Origin: Haliotis rufescens
Taxonomy: Eukaryota
Assembly (NCBI RefSeq): GCF_023055435.1
Contig: NW_025963791.1
Location: forward strand, 10,230,001-10,294,000
DNA length: 64,000 nucleotides
Direction: 5' to 3'
The translations under genes were made by a program, and so were the position numbers. Numbering within the stretch: position 1 is the stretch's first letter; every line of letters begins with the position of its first letter. Positions 48,501 through 58,400 of this stretch are shown here, piece by piece. The notes below the pieces were generated by a model. It had not been told where the DNA came from, did no database searches, and saw only the letters and a list, made by a program, of their open reading frames with translations.

Positions 48501-48736
48501 CTAAATCCTTTTCAGGAACAGTATCAGTAACATATTGTCCTGGTTATCTGTTAAAACACCGAGCCGGACAGCAACCATTAAGAAATAAGTTGTTTAATAA
48601 CGCACCCATAATTGAACAGTTACTTCCTCATATACCTTCATGGCATTTCAGATACGTGCTTTTCCGACGGAAGACATCCTCCAAGGACAAATACAAATAC
48701 TCACATCTCATGACAGATCCAAATCAAAACGACTGA
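37046..48736 (+). CDS. Aquaporin-8-like paralog C, complete 5-exon gene, 831 nt / 276 aa
   Basis: Exons 37046-37305, 43729-43855, 46347-46555, 47475-47624 and 48652-48736 join in frame with the same phases as paralog B. Motifs AEFLG, SGGHFNPAVS and TGTSLNPARSFG, YVFWVGP. Confidence 0.93.
38160..38480 (+). mobile_element. LINE RT C-terminal remnant
   Basis: FRCSTHTLMIE...ERLCPL resembles the 16.9-17.1 kb LINE motif. Confidence 0.5.
38495..40090. repeat. 87-bp MITE-derived satellite, about 18 units (AQP C intron 1)
   Basis: CCGTTTCACAAAGCG.TCTTAGCGTTAAAGCGATCATAATTCCCATACTTTAACATAGAC...; period 38581 to 38668. Confidence 0.95.
40978..41475. repeat. 83-bp MITE-derived satellite, 6 near-identical units
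   Basis: GGGACCCGTTCCATAAAGGGATCTTAGCACTACG...GATCTTAGCGCTCA; period 41061 to 41144. Confidence 0.95.
41476..41584. mobile_element. About 105-bp palindromic MITE (PIF/Harbinger-like); other copies at about 44475-44581, 47030-47245, 60961-61058 and 62441-62553
   Basis: TIR GG(G/A)CCCGTTCCACAAAG.GATCTTAGCGCT, internal CCCATACTTTAACATAGAC, CAG/CTG flanks. Confidence 0.75.
41901..41952. repeat. (GA)n microsatellite
   Basis: Direct inspection. Confidence 0.95.
43729..43855 (+). CDS. AQP paralog C exon 2 (first NPA)
   Basis: TTTCAG|C GGHFNPAVSLAV...YVLVQIFGGVAGAGLAM|GTGAGT; 127 nt. Confidence 0.95.
43990..44224 (-). mobile_element. Family B
   Basis: 5' end GGACCCGTGAAGATGC. Confidence 0.82.
44475..44581. 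mobile_element. Harbinger-like MITE copy
   Basis: TTCCACAAAGCGATCTTAGCGCT ... AGCGCTTAGATGGCTTTGTGGAA, with CTG on both sides. Confidence 0.75.
45538..45579. repeat. (TG)n microsatellite
   Basis: Direct inspection. Confidence 0.95.
46347..46555 (+). CDS. AQP paralog C exon 3
   Basis: CCGTAG|VVEPDELF...AIACEFLLTSFVI...APTAVGFAYVVGILS GG|GTGCGT. Confidence 0.92.
47475..47624 (+). CDS. AQP paralog C exon 4 (second NPA)
   Basis: TTGCAG|[19 protein letters not shown]...YVFWVGPLLAAVVTAIFY AG|GTAAGC; 150 nt. Confidence 0.95.
47640..48530. repeat. 34/29-bp minisatellite filling AQP C intron 4
   Basis: GTCCTTGTCAGGAACAGTATCACCCGTATCGTAC units. Confidence 0.95.
48652..48736 (+). CDS. AQP paralog C exon 5 (C-terminus)
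   Basis: TTTCAG|A YVLFRRKTSS...PNQND TGA; phase matches exon 4. Confidence 0.82.
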
Positions 48737-48966
48737 TATAACAGAAGCATACAACAAAACACACATCAGTCATTGATACATTTGCCATACTGCAATGCTC
48801 GCCAATGAAAACACATTAATACATCCTACTCGGGACAATGACTCCTAAAAGATATTGATACCAATCAAAACGATTACTATCGGACATGATGAACACTAAA
48901 GCTCTGTGTGGAGGAAGTGTTGAAACTTTTCATTTTCAATGAATATTCCACATCGCCACGTCTTTA

Positions 48967-49492
48967 CTAATGCGGTGGGGGTAACTCAGGCGGACTTGGT
49001 GGAGGTGTCCCCCTTTGACTTTGCATGACGGGTAATTGTCTAACACCACCAAACCCTGGAGGAGTAGGCGGGCCTAATATCCCAGGAGGTAGACGCAATG
49101 GATGAGGAAGCTCTGGAGGTTCCATGGGTGGACCAGAAAACTCCAGAGGAAGACCGGATGGATCAGAAAACTCCAGAGGAAAACCGGGTGGATCTGAAAA
49201 CTCCATAGGGTCCGAATACTCGAGAGGTGGACTGGGTCGGCCATGTCTTGGTGAGTCTAAAGGTCTGGCATTATTGACGTATTCAGCTGATGCTTTGGGA
49301 GGAGATATGGACTGAGACAGTCTGCGGGGTGAAATGGATGCCCGGCGAGAGGGGGACAACGAGCCTGAGGAACGATGCGACACGGACCATCTTCTTTCTG
49401 GAGACATGTCTTGGTCATCATCAACCATGGCACCAGGTATTGGCGATCTGCGAGGTGGTGATGGCGATGAGCGTTTTTGTACTCTGGAACTG
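48967..49492 (-). CDS. LamG/Ig membrane protein last coding exon (Ser/Pro/Arg-rich)
   Basis: TTCTGCAG|C SSRVQKRSSPSPP...GTPPPSPPELPPPH TAG; extends the ORF-track ORF 48967-49428. Confidence 0.85.
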
Positions 49493-52400
49493 CTGCAGAA
49501 GATAAAAATACATCATTTCTCAAACATTATGTTTGTATTTGTACATTTCTTAACATTCAAGTGATACTATTGACAGTTCTCCAGGTGATACCAGGATGGA
49601 CCACCATCATTGTTCTCATCAGCATCGCTAAAAGACAAATCAATCACAAATGTTGGAAAAAGGTAAACTTCAGAGTCAATGCCTGGATTGGTGTTTACCT
49701 GCTGTTCCTTCTTGCAGAGGAATTAACGTCATGAAGTGATGAGCCTGGTTGGGGAACTGACGGAACTCGACGAAATGAATCTGTTTTAACATGTCCTGGG
49801 GAGGGTTCCGGGGAGTGTCTTGATGACGCACTATGACAAATGAAGCAAATTGTAGGCGTCCAAATGCAATAAGCGATTACAGTTTATCATTTAAGGAAGA
49901 TTTGCAAGATGAGTCGTATTGATAAGACAGCTTTGAGTAAGTGAGTGAGTGGGTGGTTTTAACACTGCCTTGAACAGTATTCCTGTTATATCACGGTGTG
50001 TCAGCTTAATTTGGGAGGAAAGCCCGAAGTGACGCATGTCTCAGACGTTTACTTTGTTTGTTTAACGTCGCACTCAGCAATATTCCAGCTATATGGCGGC
50101 GGTCTGTAAATCGAGTCTGGACCGGACAATCCAGGGATAGACATGATGAGCATCGACCTACGTAATTAGGAGAGGATGATATGCATTAACCAAGTCAGCG
50201 AGCCGGACCACCCGATCCCGTTAGTCACAAGCATGGTCGCCTTTTACGGCAAGCATGGGATGCTGAAGACCATTTCTAACCCGGATCTCCAGGGTCTCAG
50301 ACGTTTACCACTTTGGTTAAAATCACGAGCACAGGTATGGTGATGACAAATCTGGGATTCGAACCCACGATCATAGGTTTCTGGCATGCCCTTGGGACAC
50401 AACTCTGCACAGTGAGACCGCTTTGAACTTATTTCAGTTCATGTGGCGGTGTGTCAGCGTAATTTGGGATGAAAGCCAAGGAAATGCAGGTTTGAGAGGT
50501 TAACCAAGTTCGTGAAATCAACATTAACTGGTTCAGTGCTGAAAAACCAAGGGGCATGATTAGCTAACGTGCTATTCGATCTCACTATAATCTCTTCCTG
50601 GCAAGACAAAGGGGCGCAACCCTGCCTCAGCAAACGAGAAACACGTATCCCCATATCGTTGAGTGAATGAATAAATTTATATCATCATGGTTGTTGCATT
50701 TCGACATAAAAAAATATGGCACTCCATCCATCATACAGGAGGCATAAAATCGTCAGTTGCGTTGCCGCTGTTTGTAATTGCAATATTACGAAAGTAAGTA
50801 ACATTTGGCCATCATCGTTATACAGACAAGAATGTTTTATCAAAGCAACCTACTCTCTGAGGTTATTGAGGCTGACCATTGATGATATGAGTTCCAGGAC
50901 CTTGTCTTTGTTTTCCTCGATCAACCTTGCTGCGACCTGACTCCCCAGTTGATGCATTCGCTCAGTCGCTGGAATGTGTAAGAGTGAGTGAGTGAGTGAG
51001 TGAGTTGGATTTAACGCCGCTTTTAACAGTATTCCAGTTATATCGCGGCGTGTCAGCTTAATTTGGGAGGAAAGCCCGAAGTGATGCAGGTCTCAGACGT
51101 TTACCACTTCGGTGAAACCCACGAGCACTGGTATGGTGCTGACAAACCTAGAAACATTATCGGGGCGAACCGGGATTCGAACCCACAATCATAGGTCCTG
51201 GCGTGCCCAAGGGACGCAACTCTGGACAGTGAATCGCGGCGCCTCAGACGGCCTGGGCCACCCGTGCCCCCGGAGTTTGTGAGAAACCAACTTAAATCAC
51301 GACACATTCTTTACTGTTTAGACCGGATTTTCCACGAAACAGATGTGCTGCTTTGACACTGGCCAAACATATAGCCCTGTCATAACCAGGCTCCAGATAA
51401 TCAGGTTTGGTTTGGTTGATTTGTTGACTAACGCCACACTCAGCAATATTCCAGCTACATGACCGCGGTCTGTAAATCTGTGTACACTATACTCAAGAAA
51501 ATACGCTGCTTGAAATCACAATAAATTTGGGAAATACGTCTATAAATGAATGCTAGTCCGTACATGTATGCTGTGATGCGTATCTGATACGTTTTCTAAA
51601 TTATCCGCCACTGTATCGTGCATATTTTCTCCGTACAAACGCCGATATGGGCCTTTATCTAGAGCCCTGTATAACGATACCCATTCTCCTACCGGTCATA
51701 CTGGTAGTACCTCTATCATATGTTTCTTCATCTAAACTGCCAGGCAAAAGAAAGTATACACCCATGTTTGATGGTGGCTTAAAATGAAACAAAACAACCC
51801 AAGAAATGGTTATTCGTTAGTCTCACTGTCGCAGTTGTTGTACCATATGTTAATAATTGTGGAAAAACAATCTGTTAATCACACTGACATGCTTCAACTT
51901 GGCCCGACTGCGCGTTCGTCTACAATCAAGGAAAATGTCGGTCATGATATGTAATTTAGCTTGTGGCAGTGGTGTAATGCTAAGTCTGTACTGCGATGGA
52001 GTGTGAACGATACCTACCATCCACATCCTGTTGTTTTTCATCCTCATCATCGGAGAATTCTATGTCTTTGACGTCATACAATATCTCCTCATCCGGTTCA
52101 TCCATAGCACTGACGATGGTTGCGTCCTCGCCCTCATCCTCTTCTTGGATGACCGACATGTTCGTCAGTTCCACCAGGTCCGGCTTATTTAAGCTGTTGT
52201 GGATGTCCTCTAGGATTTGGGCCTTGTCGTCTGTTGAGCCGGTGGCCATTTTTTTTCTATTGAGAAAATATATGTTGATTATTTTGTATTTATGACCAAT
52301 CTAGTTTGCTGCTAACGCCATCCATATCATTGCGTGTGTTTCTTATGTCCATGCTCAGCTTCATAGATACCATAGATAGATCTAGATACTTTGGTTGAGA

Positions 52401-55400
52401 ACACATCATAGTCAGTTGTGCCTGAATAATTCATTTTCTCATGTTTTATCATTATTGTACTATATCCGAACACTCTCCTCCCAGAGTTCCTTGGGTCAAC
52501 CGCCTCCGTGGTTTAGAGGTAGAAGGAAGAGCGGAAGGTTCGGAGTTCGATCCCCGGCCGCGTTATACTAAAAGACGTTATAATATGGTACTTGTTACCC
52601 TGTCTGGGTCTCAGCATTAAGGGGCTAAAACAAGGACTAGTCGGCTCGGAATCAGTATACTGTGTCTGAGTGGGGTATTCAGGTTAAACTGCGGCATGGT
52701 ATCTCAGTGTGCTAGCACTATAAATCGGTATCAGTCCGGACTAGTACAAGCAGCCACACACACACACATACGTGCATATGCACGTCACTATATACGAGTA
52801 AGTGCAATAATTTTGGACGCGACGTTAAACCCCATTTCACCTCACCACACCTCCTTGGGTCAACCTAGTACCTCTGCCACAGGCCAGAGAGATGTGACGA
52901 TTCGATATTTTTCAGTCCATTCAGCTAATGGCATTTGTTACATCTATTTCGTTTTTGAAAAGTCTACACGTTTCGACAAACATATGTAATGAAATGGTTA
53001 ACTGTCATTCAGAAAATGTCCTAAAACGTGAAAAAGCTATAATTACAGTTTGCGTATTTATCTTTTGTAATAGTTGAACGGCTCCATGTGCAGACAGTTG
53101 AAAGTTAGCGATACGGTCATTTTAATGTGTAAAGATAGATTGTAAAAAATCCTAACTGTATCCCTTGTAATAGTATATCTTTATTATTAGTGATATTCGA
53201 AACGCAGCGGTTAAGGACTGGTCATTAAGGGGTGTGGGCCGGGGATGTTTGTGGGTGAGGTGACTTTTATTTTTTAAAATATAAGATTCAGAGATTTAAA
53301 TATTATTTAGAGGCGGCGGCAAAGTGTGATACAGTCATAAGACCAGTTCCTTGGTGTATCGGTGCTGAGAGCTCTAAAGACATAACAATGTGGACTTTAT
53401 CTAAGGGAAATAAACAACTCAATAAAAAGCGTCAGTTTCCTCCTTTGAATGTCCTTCCGCTAAAATACAACACGAATTCGTTTACGAAATGGAAGTTCGT
53501 AATTCTTTTCCATGGCTTGATAATTTATTTTCAAGCTGGTGGGTTGGTATAAAACATTTGTTTACATTTTTTTAGCGGGACGGACCGGCAGATATAAGAA
53601 GTACTGATGTTCTTAGTACACATTACATATTTTTACATGTTACAATGTTTGCATGAAGTTTTACAGAAAATAATAACTTGTTCAATGTCATGATGGATGT
53701 CTTAAAAATATGTTATGTGAATCATTTTTTCAGCTTCTTCTTTCAAAGAAAGAGGGAGGTCGGGTAGCCTAGTGGTTAAAGCGTTCGCTCGTCACGCCGA
53801 AGACCCGGGTTCGATTCCCGACATGGGTACAATGTGTGAAGCCAATTTCTGGTGTCCTCCGCCCGTGATATTGCTGGAACATAGCTAAAAGCGGCGTAAA
53901 ACCATACTCACTCACTCACTCAAAGAAAGAAATGATTGTCATGAAGCAGCTACAGAAATATTCTGTCCTCCCATCCCAAGAATATTAAATTGTTGGTCCT
54001 AGTATGTATGGTTTGTTATAACTCCATACATAAGCGATTGTAAACCAGTCAGTGTACATGCGATAAGAGACTAGCTACACCTTGACGTACATTGCATCCT
54101 TCTTGACAAGAAGCGCCGCGGCGATGAAGATAAAGACGACGATGACGATAAGAACTATGATGATTGTCCATTCTGGCGTCACCTTGAGAACTGCCAATAG
54201 CAACGTTTGGTTAGGTTGCAGAATGATACCAATGTGCAAATGCACACAGCTTTTGAGAATTCATATTCTGCAAATGAGACTTTAAGTCAGAATAACGTCT
54301 CATTTAAATGAGAGATATGTTAATTTGGATAAAGAAATAATCTTGCACTTAGTATCACCCCAGTTATCACTGGTGCTAACATTCGCGAATTCAGTTTATA
54401 TTTGATCTTGAAAATTCTCTGACTTTGAGTTGTTTGTTTTTCACACGATTATGTTAAAAAAAACAATTGACACCAGAAATACTTTCTTACCGAGTGACTC
54501 GTTACTTCGGGTTATAGCAAATGCATGTGTTATGAGAAGGCGGCCATCTTGGTTCACCACGCATGCGTACAGACCTTGTGTGTGGCTTTCTGGCATTAGA
54601 GTAACTGAGCTCTCATTCTGAAGACCAGGCAGCTATAACAAAAGATATAACAAAATATCACGTGTGAACTCGTCTTTTTTAAACAGTTAAATTTACAAAT
54701 ACCACATTTAAGAACCGGTATATATGCCGTTTTCATTTGGTCCCATAAGGCGGGGAAACGGACGTTCAGAAGCATAACTAAACACGAACGTACTACAATC
54801 TAGCGTTCACTCTGTGAAGGTTCCCACTTCAAAGAACTCTCACAAAGCGAAAGCCATTTCTATGATATGCGTGAGCACAGGTAGCCTAGCAATGTTGTCC
54901 AAGGCGCCACTGGGCAGAGTTGCGTCCCTTGGGCACACCAGAACCAGGCAAGAAACATATATGATCGTGGGTTCGAATCCCGGTTCGCCCTGATCATGTT
55001 TCTAGGTTTGTCAGCACCATAGCCGTGACCTTTGGTTTCACCAAACTTGTAAACGTCTGAGATCTACATCACGACTGTCATTCCTCCCACATCAAGCTGA
55101 CACGCCGCCATATAACTGGATTCATGTTAATTGGGCATTAAACTCATCTCATGCGAGCTCTCATTCTGAAGCCCATTAAACGACCAGCTTGTTACAGTAG
55201 CTCTCTGATCAAGGTGAGACAAAGTATGTCATGTGATAATGCATGAATCCAAACTTCGGCATGAATTCATTCAAAATATCAGAGATCAATATAGTGTCCT
55301 TCAGTAAATCCTCGATTATACACTCTATTGTATATCCATTTTATTACGAAATAATACCTTGGACCCATTCGGCACAATGGCTTCGATTTCAACAAAAATA

Positions 55401-58400
55401 TTCATCCAATCAAATTACAACGAGCTAGAGAAATACAGTGCAAAGTTAGAGATGGGGGTGATAGAGGCGGTGAATTCGGTGACCATCTATGGTCCATGGT
55501 ATTTATCCAAAAAGAGAAAAATGTAGACTATATTATACATCCGATAATCGCGTATGCAGAAACAGTGTTCACGGGACTCTGTTATAACAGTGAGATAACA
55601 TTCACACGATAATCGAAGATGCCTTTAGCGTAGCTGTCTGCTTTGCACAGAAACAACGTTTACACAATTACCCTTTGTCTGATATGAACTCCGTGTGTCG
55701 AGTTGAGGAGCCTGTCTTCAAGCAACCACTGTGCTTTTGCATCATGGTCTCCAGTGGTGAAGCTTGTGAAGTCGCATCGAAGTGTCACCTTGCTTGTTGA
55801 ATGTTCGATGACATTGCTCACGTGTGCTGCACAAACACGGATCATTGTATGTTACGTATCCTGTCAAAAAGCGATATAAGTACTAAGTCGGTCTTAACTA
55901 TCTATACTTTAACACAGACTTCGACAGTCGCAGCGCTATGATCGTTTTGGGTCCCTGGGCGGTTTCTCCCATTTTGACTATTCCCATTATGACTACTAAA
56001 AAATGAAGGGGGGTAAATGACCCTACCTTGTATAGAATAATGGACCACTCCAGTCGTGATCTGTACTCTGCTCATATATACATGAACAATGTTGGGTGGT
56101 CGGGTAGCCAAGTGGTTAAAGTGTTCTCTCGTCACGCTGGGTTCGATTCCCGACATGGGTACAAAGTGTGAAGCCCATTTCTGGTGTCCCCCCGCCGTGA
56201 TATTGCTGGAATATTGCTAGAAGTGGCGTAAAACCATACTAACTAAAGAGAGATTATATTCTTTATTTTTAATCACAGAGAATACCTTACCGAGGAACAT
56301 GTTCGGTATTCACAATAGCAATAACAATGTCAGTGGAAAATTCAAAATGCAACAAAAGCTACGTTTGCATTATTTAAGCACATCTTCCCGAGGCAAGGGA
56401 GTTAACTGACTCTAAAAGTCCAGTTTCCACTTTTATAGTCAGTTAACTCCCCTGCCTCGGTAAGAGGAAGAAAGCCATCTGACACAATGATTGCCCCGAT
56501 TGTAATGTACGGTTCTGATATTTGGGGATTGGAAAATACAAACTGTATTCAAAGAGTACATTTAATATTTCTGAAAACTGCAGCCTATCTTTGTTACTCA
56601 GCACCAAAGGTTATGTTCTGCGGTGAATTTAGAAAACCACTTTGTATTAAAATGCATTATCATAGTTTGGCAAAAAAAGTGCAACAAATAAGGAAATCCT
56701 AAGGTTAACAATTATTTTACAACAGTTTATCCTTAATGGACCCCAGAATACAATTGATGAAAAACGCCCAATGATTTATTCAATGAAATAAATACATGAT
56801 TGTGGACGTTCTGAATTGTTTGATAACCCGTTTATATGTTCTGCACAATGGCTGGCTTCAAAGGCAGAGGAAATATTTAAAGATCATTATCTGCATAACT
56901 GATGCAGCTCTATTTTGGAAAGTTCAAAGGGTTTGTACAACAACAAAATTGAAAGAAACTTTATCGTTTGAAAAGTATCTCTTTTCACCCAAAACTGTGT
57001 ATTACCTTGTTCTCAAATAAACTAATAAATCAAATGAAAAATACAGAGTATCTGTTTTATCTTTTCCCATTTGACTACTCCGTATAGTATCCCACTTCAC
57101 CAAGAAACATACATAGCGAATACTACACTCATTCTCGTTAGATACCATTTTTACGAAACGAGTGCACTTTCTATGGTATCGTAAAAATGGTATCTAACGA
57201 GAATGGGTTTGGTATTTTATTTATTACCCACGTTAAATATATATTTAAGTGTAAATACAACACCTTTCGTTCGTTGACAGACCAAACTGAAACCGGTTTC
57301 AAAATCTGTTTGCGCATGAATATTGATATATGCCAAATATGGGCATTGTTGACATTTCTATGCCATTCGTGACCAACTCGTGTTATTCCGGGACAAGCTT
57401 CTTACAGGTTACGGAAAGGGGCGAGTGGTGACGAATGGTTTCTATGCATACTTATTAACAACATGCGCCTGCAGTTGTGTTTGCAAACATAACAGCACCG
57501 ACGCTCGGGATTCTTTAGGAAGAATTTCCTCAACTTATGGTAATTCAAGCGCCACGTTGTTTGTACGCAGGACACCTGTAAGAAACTTTTAAAAGTCACA
57601 TTAGCGCTGTCGCACTGCACTGCCAGAGTCCCGTCTGTGCATTCAAAATGTTTCGGTTTCCTTGGTCTGTCAGCTGAATTTATATCATGGGCCACCTGAT
57701 CAGAAATCAGGCACACGTCAATGGAGTTTTCGAATGATTTGTATCGGAAATGTTCACTTTGAGTGATCTGGTCCCGAACAAACAACTCCCGAAACAGTGC
57801 CACAAAATACGCTTCGAAGGGGACGCTGATGGCACAACCGGATTATCCCAAGTAAGTCTAGATATCTGACCAGATAGTTTAAACTGACTTCATTTCAGCA
57901 CGCCTATCCTTTGACGTTTAATCAAATTGAAAGTTGCGAAAGTGGTCGGGTGCGTCACGCTCATGGGGACCCTCGATCTATTTATCGGTAGTCGTGCATT
58001 GTAAATGGATACAGCTCGATTATATAATACCTGTAGAAGCTCTATGCATAACTTATATAGAATGCAAACCGAATTTGATCCGTGTGACTATCTTGTTTGT
58101 AAATACCTCTCTCATGAGATTGCTTCAGTTCTGCCTTGTGGTTGCAAAAATGAATGACGTCTCTTGATTTTTTTATGAATGAAAAAAGTAGCCCCGGTGT
58201 GACAGAGGTCACGGTTATCCAATCAAGACGAATAAAACAAGGTTAACCTTCTACGACACACGTGTGACGTACGGATTTAGTATCCTGCCCCCTGAATCTT
58301 CACAACGTGGATAATAAATAGCATTGTCCCCTGTGCAATAACAGTGTTGTGGAAGACCAGGCGCATGTTTTGATGTCTTGTCCGATTTATGACGATATAC

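Noticed and set aside
47683-48530. Long ORFs (up to 248 aa) of Cys/Val/Arg repeats
   Set aside because: They are by-products of a stop-poor minisatellite inside AQP C intron 4.
19577-48736. Assigning the symbol AQP8, or an aquaglyceroporin identity
   Set aside because: One-to-one orthology cannot be shown without a phylogeny; NPARS rather than NPARD argues against aquaglyceroporins.
55827-55870. Alternative acceptor TTTTTGACAG at 55861 for the Ig exon
   Set aside because: It cannot join the Ig reading frame (in-frame TAA and wrong phase); the acceptor at 55827 fits.
57402-57803. 133-aa ORF as an extra receptor exon
   Set aside because: It has no domain motif, overlaps a dispersed repeat shared with about 24.1 kb, and the flanking exons already join in phase.
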